Below are positions 38,273 through 47,411 of a stretch of 64,000 nucleotides of DNA, in pieces. The stretch is from Planctomycetota bacterium (GTDB lineage: Bacteria > Planctomycetota > JAZDJP01). Below the pieces are notes generated by a model, which searched no databases, had not been told where the DNA came from, and saw only the letters and a list, made by a program, of their open reading frames with translations. The stretch spans positions 7,271 through 71,270 of the forward strand of contig JAZDJP010000086.1 of assembly GCA_043803805.1 (NCBI GenBank). Direction: 5' to 3'. The first letter of the stretch is position 1. Every line of letters begins with the position of its first letter. The translations under genes were made by a program, and so were the position numbers.

Positions 38273-39838
38273 CTATTCCGTGTTTCCGTGCTTTACCCAT
38301 TTCCGCCCGTCCCGCCCCAGCAGTTCCTCCGCCTCCCGCGGACCCGGCGTGCCGGCGGCGTAGTTGGGGAACTCGGGCGGCGGCGCGGCCTCCCACGCCC
38401 GGAGAATCGGCGTCACGAACTGCCAGGCGGCATCCACCTCGTCCACACGGGTGAAGAGCGTCGCGTCCCCACGCATCGCATCGAGGAGCAGACGCTCGTA
38501 CGCCTCGGGCGGCTCTTTCCCAAACGAGGTCCCGTAGGTGAAATCCATGTTCGCCCCGCGCACCTCGGTCTCCGTCCCCGGGACCTTCACGCAGAACCGC
38601 AGGCGCATCCCCTCGTCGGGCTGGATGTGAAGATGAAGCGTGTTGGGCTCAAGCGGCTTGTCCTCGCGTTTGTTGAACAATATCCGGGGGACGTCCTTGA
38701 ACACCACCGTCACCTCGGTGACCTTGCGCGGGAGGCGCTTGCCCGCGCGAAGATAAAAAGGCACCCCGGCCCAGCGCCAGTTGTCAATGAACAACTTCAG
38801 GGCGGCGAACGTTTCCATCCGGGAATCCGGCGGGACGTCCTTCTCGCCGCGATAGCCGGAGACATTCCCGGCGCCGATGACGCCCGGGGCGTACTGCCCC
38901 CGGACGACGCATTCGCGGACGTCGGCGGGAGTCATGGGACGGAGGGCCTTCAGGACCTTGAGTTTCTCGTCCCGGATGGCCTCCGCGGCGAGAGACACCG
39001 GCGGCTCCATGGCGACAAGCGCCAGAAGTTGAAGCATGTGATTCTGCACCATGTCGCGGAGGATGCCGATGGAATCGAAATACCGCGCCCGGCTCTCCAC
39101 CCCGACCGTCTCGGCCACGGTGATCTGGACGTGGTCCACGTGGCGGTGGTTGAAAAGCGGTTCGAAGATCGTGTTGGCGAAGCGGGCGACGATGATGTTC
39201 TGAACGGTCTCCTTGCCCAAATAATGATCAATCCGGAAGATGAACGGCTCCGGAAATCCGTTCAGAATCCGGCGGTTGAGGTCGCGGGCCGAATCGAGAT
39301 CGCTTCCGAAGGGCTTTTCGACGAGGATGCGCTCCCAACCGGGACTGTCGGGACCGTCCCCGGTGAACCCCGCGGCGCCGATATTTTCGATGATGACCGG
39401 GAAGGTCGCGGGCGGCGTGGCGAGATAAAACAGGCGGTTGCCGCCCGTCCCGCGCTCCCGGTCATGCGCCGAAAGACGCTCCGCGAGACGCCGGTATCCC
39501 GCGGGGTCGTCGTAATCCGCGACGTGGTAGACAAGAGAATCCGCGAACGTCTTCCAGACGGCCGGGTCCGCGGGGCGCTGGCGGGAGAATTCGTTCACCG
39601 CCGCCAGCATCTCCTCCCGGAAGGCCGCGTCGGTCTTTTCCGTCCGCCCGAATCCGACCACGGCGAAACCGGGCGGGAGTTGCCGGGCCAGCGCCAGGTT
39701 GTACAGGGCCGGGATGAGTTTCCGCCGGGCGAGATCTCCCGACGCCCCGAAAATGACGATGGCGCACGGTTCCGCGCGGGACGCGGCGGCGCCGTCGAGG
39801 ACCGCGGTGTGCTTGTAGGATACCGGATCGGTCATCAT
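38273..39838 (-). CDS. zwf: Glucose-6-phosphate 1-dehydrogenase
   Basis: GASGDLARRKL, EKPFGSD, RIDHYLGKETVQN, RDMVQNH, RWAGVPFYLRAGK, AYERLL. Confidence 0.98.
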   Translation of the reverse strand: MMTDPVSYKHTAVLDGAAASRAEPCAIVIFGASGDLARRKLIPALYNLALARQLPPGFAVVGFGRTEKTDAAFREEMLAAVNEFSRQRPADPAVWKTFADSLVYHVADYDDPAGYRRLAERLSAHDRERGTGGNRLFYLATPPATFPVIIENIGAAGFTGDGPDSPGWERILVEKPFGSDLDSARDLNRRILNGFPEPFIFRIDHYLGKETVQNIIVARFANTIFEPLFNHRHVDHVQITVAETVGVESRARYFDSIGILRDMVQNHMLQLLALVAMEPPVSLAAEAIRDEKLKVLKALRPMTPADVRECVVRGQYAPGVIGAGNVSGYRGEKDVPPDSRMETFAALKLFIDNWRWAGVPFYLRAGKRLPRKVTEVTVVFKDVPRILFNKREDKPLEPNTLHLHIQPDEGMRLRFCVKVPGTETEVRGANMDFTYGTSFGKEPPEAYERLLLDAMRGDATLFTRVDEVDAAWQFVTPILRAWEAAPPPEFPNYAAGTPGPREAEELLGRDGRKWVKHGNTE

Positions 39839-39898
39839 TCCCCTCGCTTCATAGCCAATAACGCTTCGATGAAACCCCGCTCAGGCCCTTATCAACAC

Positions 39899-39998
39899 CC
39901 GTTCATGGTGAGCATTCCTTAAAAATTAAAATAAATGTCGAACCACGAACCATGCGGGAGGCGCTTGGATCATCCTTCGACAGGCTCAGGATGAGCGG
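39899..39998. repeat. REP-like palindromic element (CCTTCGACAGGCTCAGG), copy 3
   Basis: gttcatggtgagc-(AT-rich insert)-gtcgaaccacgaac...tcatccttcgacaggctcaggatgagcgg; same two-part layout as copy 1. Confidence 0.8.
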
Positions 39999-40010
39999 AC
40001 TTATTCATTG

Positions 40011-40053
40011 AAAAAAGAGCCCCCCGCCGTTTCAGGCAGGGGGCTCAAAAAAA
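40011..40053 (-). terminator. Rho-independent terminator of the prepilin gene
   Basis: GAGCCCCC..GGGGGCTC hairpin followed by a T6 run on the minus strand, 20 nt after the stop. Confidence 0.8.
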
Positions 40054-40072
40054 CCGAAACACCCGTGCGTCC

Positions 40073-40759
40073 CTAATTCTTCACCATGTCCAGGGGCGCC
40101 ACGAAACCGCAAAGCATCTGGTTCTTCAACGTGAGGCTCCGCATCTGCGGATCCTGAACGCTGTCCACGTGCCCGTCCAGATACAGGGCATTATACTTTC
40201 CCTCGTGGTTATAAGCCGCGGGACTGCCGGCCGATGACGCGGCGGTTGCATCCTCCTCGTCATCGCATGCCAGAACCGTGTCCGCCGGGGCATTGTCCGA
40301 CAGCAGATCCGCGGCGTTCCGGTCCAGGTTATACCCGGCATAACTCACCCATGCCCGTTCAACCCCCCCGGCCACGGTTTTCCCACCGCCATCGAAACAA
40401 TTCTCAGCGTCGAGGGCCGCCACCGTCGCAGGGCCCGCATCTTCGGTCGCCGGGCAAAGGAAAATCTCCCGATTTTCCACAATCTTGTTGAAATAAATGG
40501 CGAGGAGGAAATCCGCGCCGCTCATCAAGTTGGCCGCACACGGCTTCGGATAGAACCGGTGGCTCCCGAAATCATCCACATAGGTGGACAGGCCTATGTA
40601 GATCTGCTTGAGATTGCTCTTGCAGTTGGTGTCCCGTGCCCGGTTACGCATCTTCACCAGCGCCGGGAGCAACATCCCCGCAAGAATCGCGATAATGGCG
40701 ATGACAACGAGGAGTTCGACCAAGGTGAACCCCATCGCTTTCTTTACGTGCTTCTTCAT
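40073..40759 (-). CDS. Prepilin-type N-methylation protein with H-X9-DG motif (DUF1559-like)
   Basis: [49 protein letters not shown]. Confidence 0.93.
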   Translation of the reverse strand: MKKHVKKAMGFTLVELLVVIAIIAILAGMLLPALVKMRNRARDTNCKSNLKQIYIGLSTYVDDFGSHRFYPKPCAANLMSGADFLLAIYFNKIVENREIFLCPATEDAGPATVAALDAENCFDGGGKTVAGGVERAWVSYAGYNLDRNAADLLSDNAPADTVLACDDEEDATAASSAGSPAAYNHEGKYNALYLDGHVDSVQDPQMRSLTLKNQMLCGFVAPLDMVKN

Positions 40760-40839
40760 GAAAATCACCCCCTTTCATGGAAGCTTTCATGAGGAAGTAT
40801 ACCATGTTCCAGCCGCCACCACAACGGGCAATAAAAAAT

Positions 40840-40868
40840 TTGACAAATCCGCGCCGTCCGGCGACAAT
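40840..40868 (+). promoter_or_regulatory. Sigma70-like promoter of the FecR-cyclase operon
   Basis: TTGACA-N17-GACAAT with an A-rich tract upstream. Confidence 0.65.
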
Positions 40869-40908
40869 GCACAGCCGTTGGCAAAATCAGAACCCGGGGA
40901 GGCTCCTC

Positions 40909-41742
40909 ATGTTGCTCACCATTCGGACAGGCCTTGGCGTGACCCTGGCGCTGGGTATGACGTGCGCCGCGGTCGCGGGGGAAACGCCCGCGGTGCCCGC
41001 TCCGGCCAACGAGGCGGCGGCGCCTGGCGCGCCGGCGGCCGACAAACTGACGGTAACCATCCATTCCGTGGAGGGCGACGTGGACGTCCGCAAGCCCGCC
41101 GGGGAGTGGGCCGCGGCGAATGCCGGACAGGTGATCGAGGAGGGGTGGGAGATCTCCACCGGCTTCAAGTCCAAGGCCGTCCTCCTTTTCGGCGACACGA
41201 GCGTCGCCATCGTGAAACCCCTCACCCAGCTCACCATCAACCGGTTCGTCAAGCGCGAGAAGACGGCGGAGACCCTGCTTGACGTCAAGATCGGGACCCT
41301 GCGGGTTCACGTGAAGGAAGGCGAACTCAAGAGCGATTTCAAGGTCTCCACCCCCCAGCTCACCGCCTCCGTCCGCGGGACGATCTGGCAGATCTCCTCA
41401 TCCCGCAGTTGCGGCGACCGCATCTCGGGCTATCAGGGCCGTGTCGTGGCGCAGAATTTCCAGGGCATGAACCGGAGCGTCGGCGCCGGGGAACGCACCG
41501 ATAACGCCCTCGCCCGGACCATCGAGACCATGCAGCTTCAGCGGCTCTTCTCCGTCCTGCCGGTCGCCGGGCTCACGACGAACGAGACATCGAACACCGG
41601 CGCCCGCTCCGACCAGGGCGCGTCCTCGCCGGGGGATCTGACGGACACCGCGAGCCCCGGCACGACGCACGCCTCGGGAGGCGGCGCCGGCGCCACCGAG
41701 GGCGGCACGGCGCGCAACATCAAGGGATGCGTCGTCCCCTGA
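40909..41742 (+). CDS. Secreted FecR-domain protein
   Basis: Signal peptide; VEGDVDVR..W, ISTGFKSKAVLLFGD, FKVSTPQLTASVRGT; RBS GGAGG. Confidence 0.88.
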   Translation: MLLTIRTGLGVTLALGMTCAAVAGETPAVPAPANEAAAPGAPAADKLTVTIHSVEGDVDVRKPAGEWAAANAGQVIEEGWEISTGFKSKAVLLFGDTSVAIVKPLTQLTINRFVKREKTAETLLDVKIGTLRVHVKEGELKSDFKVSTPQLTASVRGTIWQISSSRSCGDRISGYQGRVVAQNFQGMNRSVGAGERTDNALARTIETMQLQRLFSVLPVAGLTTNETSNTGARSDQGASSPGDLTDTASPGTTHASGGGAGATEGGTARNIKGCVVP

Positions 41743-41784
41743 AACGGACCGAAAACGACAACCCCTTTCCGACCGGAAAATGCC

Positions 41785-43176
41785 ATGACCAAACGCGTTC
41801 TTCTTGCCGTGCTCCTGGGAATGCTCGCCGCCCCGGCCATCCGGGCCCAGGACACCGAATTCCGCCGGTTCATCGAGGAGGAGCGCCGGCAGAAATTGGA
41901 TGCCTACCAGCAGCGGGAGAACGAGACGGGGCGGTGGTACGTCGACCTCGGCGGCTGGGAACGCATGACATTCTTCCGATTCAACGACCAGCCGACGAAC
42001 CCGACCCGCAAACTGTACGATTTCGACACGCGGTACTGGATTGACGCGGGGAAGGGCGCGGGGCAGGAATTCTATCTCCGCGGCCGCACAATCTACGACC
42101 ATTACAGCCGCGGCGACAGTTATGACGGAGACGACCGGGTCCTCCACAAGGGACGCCTGGACCAGGGATTCTACCGGATCGACGTGGACAAGGTCACGAC
42201 GCTCCCGATGCGCCTGCGGGCCCAGGCCGGGCGGCAGTACATGTACCTCGGTTCGGGCCTCGCCTACAGCCAGGTGAACGACGGGGCGGAACTCACCCTC
42301 GGCCTCCCGAAGTTCGATGTCAAGGTCCTCGGCGGGCGCACCCTTCCCACCCAGGAGAACGTGGACGCGAGCGTGCCGGGGGCGACCGAGACCGAGCGCT
42401 GGTTCCTCGGGGTGGAGGCGACGGCGACCGCCTTCGACAAATGCGCCCCCTACGTCTTCTTCCTCCTCCAACGGGACCAGAGCGATGAGCAGCCCGACGA
42501 CACCACCCAGGACTACCGCTACCAATCCCGCTACCTCGGGATCGGGGCGCGGGGGGAGATCATTCACAATCTCGCCTACCGCGCGGAGATCGTTTCCGAG
42601 TTCGGAACGAGCGCGGGATCCTTCACCGTTCCCGTGAGCACCCGGGAGCGGATCCGGGCCTTCGCCTTCGACGGGAAGATCGAGTACTTCTGGGACCGGC
42701 GGATGGAGCCGAAGTTCTCCCTCGAGATGGCCGTGGGAAGCGGCGATTCCGACCGGGCCAGCGTCACCGACACCCTCGGCGGCAACACCGCCGAGACGTC
42801 GGACAACAATTTCCTCGGCTTCGGATACACCTTCACGGGATATTCCCTGGCGCCGCTCCTGTCGAACCTCTGGATGGCGCGGGCCGGGGCGTCCTTCAAG
42901 CCTCTGAGCGACCACCGGATCCGGTTCCTTCGAACGCTCGAGCTCGGAACGGAGTTCTTCGCCTTCTGGAAACAGAAGAAGAACGGCGGCATTTCCGACA
43001 GCCGGGCGGACCTGCCCAACCGATTCCTGGGCATGGAGCCGGATGTGTTCCTCAACTGGAATATCCTGTCCGATCTCGCCCTCGATTCGCGGTTCGGAAT
43101 CTTCTATCCCGACGATGCCTACAGCCTGAAGAAAAACCGGACCTATTTCAGTCTCGGCCTGACCTACTCGTTCTAA
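41785..43176 (+). CDS. Outer-membrane beta-barrel protein (alginate-export/AlgE-like)
   Basis: Signal peptide; amphipathic beta strands; AGRQYMYLGSG, GSGD, LSNL, GMEPD; C-terminal LGLTYSF beta-signal. Confidence 0.8.
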   Translation: MTKRVLLAVLLGMLAAPAIRAQDTEFRRFIEEERRQKLDAYQQRENETGRWYVDLGGWERMTFFRFNDQPTNPTRKLYDFDTRYWIDAGKGAGQEFYLRGRTIYDHYSRGDSYDGDDRVLHKGRLDQGFYRIDVDKVTTLPMRLRAQAGRQYMYLGSGLAYSQVNDGAELTLGLPKFDVKVLGGRTLPTQENVDASVPGATETERWFLGVEATATAFDKCAPYVFFLLQRDQSDEQPDDTTQDYRYQSRYLGIGARGEIIHNLAYRAEIVSEFGTSAGSFTVPVSTRERIRAFAFDGKIEYFWDRRMEPKFSLEMAVGSGDSDRASVTDTLGGNTAETSDNNFLGFGYTFTGYSLAPLLSNLWMARAGASFKPLSDHRIRFLRTLELGTEFFAFWKQKKNGGISDSRADLPNRFLGMEPDVFLNWNILSDLALDSRFGIFYPDDAYSLKKNRTYFSLGLTYSF

Positions 43177-43187
43177 GAGAGGCGCTC

Positions 43188-43829
43188 ATGAACCGGATGC
43201 TCAAGACGCTTGTTGCGGGTGCGATTCTGGGGCTGGCCGCCCCGGCGCTGGCCGACACGGCCTTCTTCCGGGAACTCGCGGAGAAGACGGCGGTGACGTT
43301 CGCGGACGGCTACACGGCCATGGTGATGCTCCACGGCGGCGAGCGCGCCCCGGTGGACTACGCCACGTGCGTCCAGGCCCTCCGCAAGGCGAACATCATC
43401 CCGGCCTCGTGGGAGACGGCGTTCCGCCCGGAGGACGCCCTCTCCCGGGAAAAACTCGCCTACATGATCTGCCGGACCGTGAAGCTCCGGGGCGGGGTCA
43501 ATCTCTCCTGGACGCGCGTGGCCCGCGCAACCGCGCTGGAGACCCATTACGCCCTCCGGGAGTGCGTGTTCCTCGAAATCATCCCGAAGGGGACGGAATA
43601 CAAACGGCTCACCGGGGACGAACTCATCGTCATTCTCGACCGGGCGGCCGAGTTCAAGGATGCCGCCGGCAAACCGAAGGCCCGCGAGGACGAGGAGGTG
43701 AAGCGGCAGTTCGACGAGGCGGAAGGAAAAGCCCCGGCCGCGCCGGAGGCCGCCCCGAAACCCGAAGGCGCCGCGCCCGCCCCCGCGGAACCGGCGCCGG
43801 CGGAAGCCGCCCCGGCCCCGGCGAAATAA
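43188..43829 (+). CDS. Secreted protein with SLH-like helical motifs and an Ala/Pro-rich tail
   Basis: Signal peptide; FRPEDALSREKLAYMI resembles the SLH F.P...(I/L)TR motif. The family call is tentative. Confidence 0.6.
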   Translation: MNRMLKTLVAGAILGLAAPALADTAFFRELAEKTAVTFADGYTAMVMLHGGERAPVDYATCVQALRKANIIPASWETAFRPEDALSREKLAYMICRTVKLRGGVNLSWTRVARATALETHYALRECVFLEIIPKGTEYKRLTGDELIVILDRAAEFKDAAGKPKAREDEEVKRQFDEAEGKAPAAPEAAPKPEGAAPAPAEPAPAEAAPAPAK

Positions 43830-43841
43830 CCGGCAGGTCCC

Positions 43842-46763
43842 TTGAAACGGCTGTCGAAAGCATTCCAATCCCTCGGCAGTTCCTCCGGCGGGTCGTCCGG
43901 GCTCCGCCATCACGCCATCGGCATCGGCGTCGGGTGCCTCATCACGTTGGCGTGGCTCCTTCTTTCCAACACCGCCCCCTATCGGAAGTACGTTGAACTC
44001 AAGGGACTCGATCTTCTCTATCTCCTGCGCCCCTCGTTCGAAGAATCGAAATCCATCGTTCACATCGACATCGATGAGAAAAGCCTGGAGCAGATCGGAC
44101 GCTGGCCCTGGCCCCGGGACGTCCACGGCCACCTCGTCGAGGTGCTCACCGATTTCGGAGCCGCCGGGATCGGTTTCGACATCGAGTTTCCCGAGAAAAG
44201 CCAGGTCATCGTGGACCGCCGGCGCCTCGCGGAGGATCTGGCGCTAGGGGGGCGTTTCGCCATCTATCTCGACGAACTGGAGAAGACATCCCGGGAAATC
44301 ACGGCCGGCGGGGGCGAGGCCGCCGCCAAACGCCTCACGGCGCTCGGCGGCGTCATTCGAAAGGATGCCGGCGAACTCAATACCGCCCTCGCGGGGGTGA
44401 TCCGGGACACCGACGCCCTCTTCGGCGCGGCCATCCGGAAAAGCGGCGACACCTACCTGAACTTCACATTTCTCGACCCGGACTCGTTCAACCGGAGCGC
44501 GGAGGAACGCCTGCCGCGGGAAACGATATTCAAACTTCTGACGGCCGCGCCGGATACCCCGCCCGACGCGCTCATCCGGGATTCCTTCCCGGGGGAAATC
44601 ATCCCCCCGGGGACCCGCAAACACCAGCTCGTCATCCAGGCCCGGGATTACTTTGTCTCCCGGGAGCGCGTCCGGGCCAACGGGCGACGCGTCACGGGCG
44701 CCGAACTCGACCTCCTGAAACCGGTCCGCAAGGAGGGGGAATGGGAATACCTCCTGCCCATCCCGGAACTCGCGGGGGGCATGAAGGGGTGCGGGTACGT
44801 ATCCATTGATCCCGACGAGGACGGCATTCTGCGCCGGGTGCACCTCATCCAACTCATGGAGGACCGCCTGTATCTCCAGTTCGGATTCAAAATGCTCTGC
44901 GATTATTGGAATATTCCGCCCGAGGATATTCGCATCACGCTGGGAGAGACAATCGAACTCCCCCCCTCCCGGGACGGGAAACGGCCCGCCATCCGCATCC
45001 CGATTGACGACAAGGGGCGGATGATGCTCAACTGGGTTCAGGCCCACGGGGAGGAAATCGCATCCACCGCCGGACCGGCCGCGGCCTCCGGCGCGCCCAC
45101 CGCCGCCCAGCGGTGGCTGAGCGACTGGCCTCACACGTTTCAACACATCCAGTATGTGGACGTGGAGGAGTACTGGCGGACGGTTCACCGCGAACTGCCT
45201 AAAAACATCCGGGAGATGCTCTCCCATACGAGGGAACTGGACACCGCGGGCGAGGTCGCGGATATCCCGCTTCCCGCGACGGACGACCCGGAGGCCCTGG
45301 AAACCGCGACGGCGGCGGTCCTCGCCGAAGCGGAAAAGGTCGCCGGCCAGATGCGCGCGGCGCTCGCGAAGGCCCCGGAGCGTGTCCGACGCCAGGTCGG
45401 GACGCAACTGGCGGCCCACGACGCCGAGATGAACACCCTCCAGGGGCTTGTGCGGCGCCGGAGGATTCTCAAAAACCGCCTCGGGCTGGTGAAAAACTGC
45501 CTCTGCATCATCGGAACATCCTTTGAAGGCGGGACCGACCTCAAACCGACCCCGCTGTCCCCCCTGTGGCCCGGTGTCGGAATCCACTCGAACACCATCA
45601 ACACCATTCTCCAGAAACGATTCCTCCACCAGAGCCGCAACGGGACGCAGACGATTCTCGTCATCCTCCTCGGAGCCGTCGTCACGACGATCGTGGTGAC
45701 CCGCGGGCCCATTTTCAGCACGGTGTTCACCCTGATCCTGATCCTGGTGTATTTCCTTGCCGGTCCCGTCTTCTTTTTCAACCGCATGGGCCAGATTCTC
45801 CCCGTGACAAGCCCCATCCTTGCCGCATTTTCCTGCTTCGCCTTCATCACCAGCTACCGCCAGCTCACGGAGGGCCGGGAGAAGAAGTTCATCCGGAACA
45901 CCATGCAATCCTACGTGCCCCCGGCCGTCATGGAGGAGGTGCTCCGGGATCCCACAAAGTTGAAACTGGGCGGCGAGCGGCTCGAAACATCCATCCTGTT
46001 CTCGGACATCGCCAACTTCACCACCATCTCCGAGGGAATGGATTCCGAACGCCTCGTCAAGTTCCTCAACCACTACTTCGACGAGATGACGGCCATCATC
46101 ATGAAGCACAACGGCACCCTCGACAAGTACATCGGGGACGCCATCATGGCCATCTTCGGCGCGCCCATCCCCTCAAAAAACCATGCGTCGGAGGCGTGTT
46201 TGAGCGCCATCGAATACCAGAAGCGCCTGGTGACCCTCCGGGAGGAGTGGGTCAAGCAGGGATTCCCCGAGGTCCACGCGCGGATCGGCATTGCGACGGG
46301 GATTGTCAACGTCGGCAACATGGGTTCCGCGGTGCGCCTGGCCTACACGGCCATGGGCGACAACGTAAACCTCGCGGCGCGTCTGGAAGGGGCGAACAAG
46401 GAGTTCGGAACGAACATCCTCGTCGCCGAGCAAACCTACCTCGCGTCGAAAGAGACCGTCGAGGCCCGGGAGATCGACCTCATCCGGGTGAAGGGCAAGT
46501 TGAAACCCATCCGGGTCTACGAGATCCTGGCGCCGAAGGGGTCCCTTTCGCCGCAGGGAATGGATCTCCTCGCGCGCTACACCGAGGCCACCGCCCTCTA
46601 TCAGGCCCGGGAGTGGCGGAAGGCCTCGGACGCCTTCCTCGAGATTCTCGCGATCACCCCGAAGGACCGGGCCGCCTACATCAACCTCTCCCGCTGCCTC
46701 AAGTACAAGGACGTTCCCCCGCCGGAGGGCTGGGACGGGGTGTTCGAGATGAAGACAAAATAG
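43842..46763 (+). CDS. CHASE2-domain class III adenylate cyclase with TPR-like tail
   Basis: IDIDEKSLEQIGRWPWPRD, DPDEDGILRR, PGVGIH, 3 TM; FSDIANFT, DKYIGDAIM, RIGIATG, YTAMGDNVNLAARLE, VKGK; ends WDGVFEMKTK. Start (TTG) uncertain. Confidence 0.95.
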   Translation: MKRLSKAFQSLGSSSGGSSGLRHHAIGIGVGCLITLAWLLLSNTAPYRKYVELKGLDLLYLLRPSFEESKSIVHIDIDEKSLEQIGRWPWPRDVHGHLVEVLTDFGAAGIGFDIEFPEKSQVIVDRRRLAEDLALGGRFAIYLDELEKTSREITAGGGEAAAKRLTALGGVIRKDAGELNTALAGVIRDTDALFGAAIRKSGDTYLNFTFLDPDSFNRSAEERLPRETIFKLLTAAPDTPPDALIRDSFPGEIIPPGTRKHQLVIQARDYFVSRERVRANGRRVTGAELDLLKPVRKEGEWEYLLPIPELAGGMKGCGYVSIDPDEDGILRRVHLIQLMEDRLYLQFGFKMLCDYWNIPPEDIRITLGETIELPPSRDGKRPAIRIPIDDKGRMMLNWVQAHGEEIASTAGPAAASGAPTAAQRWLSDWPHTFQHIQYVDVEEYWRTVHRELPKNIREMLSHTRELDTAGEVADIPLPATDDPEALETATAAVLAEAEKVAGQMRAALAKAPERVRRQVGTQLAAHDAEMNTLQGLVRRRRILKNRLGLVKNCLCIIGTSFEGGTDLKPTPLSPLWPGVGIHSNTINTILQKRFLHQSRNGTQTILVILLGAVVTTIVVTRGPIFSTVFTLILILVYFLAGPVFFFNRMGQILPVTSPILAAFSCFAFITSYRQLTEGREKKFIRNTMQSYVPPAVMEEVLRDPTKLKLGGERLETSILFSDIANFTTISEGMDSERLVKFLNHYFDEMTAIIMKHNGTLDKYIGDAIMAIFGAPIPSKNHASEACLSAIEYQKRLVTLREEWVKQGFPEVHARIGIATGIVNVGNMGSAVRLAYTAMGDNVNLAARLEGANKEFGTNILVAEQTYLASKETVEAREIDLIRVKGKLKPIRVYEILAPKGSLSPQGMDLLARYTEATALYQAREWRKASDAFLEILAITPKDRAAYINLSRCLKYKDVPPPEGWDGVFEMKTK

Positions 46764-46774
46764 GCGGGAAAAGC

Positions 46775-46812
46775 GTCTGGGAGTCTCAGAGTCCGGGAGT
46801 CTCGGAGTCGGG
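46775..46812. repeat. Degenerate 8-bp tandem repeat (GAGTCTGG family)
   Basis: gtctgggagtctcagagtccgggagtctcggagtcggg; reverse complement of the 17335/20430 family. Confidence 0.75.
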
Positions 46813-46892
46813 AAAGAGAAACAATAAAATCAGGAGCGGCCATTACCGTACCATCCTTGACGACGGAGGTCCGGGGGCATACGATGGAACCC

Positions 46893-47411
46893 ATGGAAAG
46901 AGCATTTCTCCTCCTGCCGGCCGTTTTCCTCGCCGCCGGGACCGGCTGCATCCGACGCGAACTCGTCATCGAAACCAACCCGCCCGGGGCGGCGGTAATG
47001 GTCGACCGCCAGCCCATCGGACGATCCCCCCGGAACGCCCCCTTCACCTACCACGGCACGCGGGCCATCACGGTGACCTCCGCGGGACGCGCGAGCACCA
47101 CCGTCCTGCACACCCTTCGGGCCCGGGGACCCGACGTGTTCCCGTTCGATTTTGTCACGGATGGCCTTCTTCCCTTCACGTTCACCCGCACGGAACTCGT
47201 TCATATCACGCTTCCTCCGCGCCGGCCCCTCACCGATGCGGAGCGCGCGGAACTCCGACGCCGCGCCGAGGCCCTCCGCGAGCGGGGGAGGAAAATCGTT
47301 CCCGTGGCCGCCCCGGTCAAGGGGACCGCCGCCCTCCCCGACGAACCCACCCCCCCCGAAGACGCTCCCGAACCCGAAAATCCCGACACCCCCGAAACCA
47401 CCCCCGAATGA
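46893..47411 (+). CDS. PEGA-domain lipoprotein
   Basis: AGTGC lipobox; LVIETNPPGAAVMVD..IGRSP; Pro/Glu-rich tail. Confidence 0.8.
   Translation: MERAFLLLPAVFLAAGTGCIRRELVIETNPPGAAVMVDRQPIGRSPRNAPFTYHGTRAITVTSAGRASTTVLHTLRARGPDVFPFDFVTDGLLPFTFTRTELVHITLPPRRPLTDAERAELRRRAEALRERGRKIVPVAAPVKGTAALPDEPTPPEDAPEPENPDTPETTPE

Noticed and set aside
45566-47407. Apparent 906-aa IspE with a long N-terminal extension
   Set aside because: The extension is an alternate frame over the cyclase and PEGA genes. The real IspE starts at ATG 47408.
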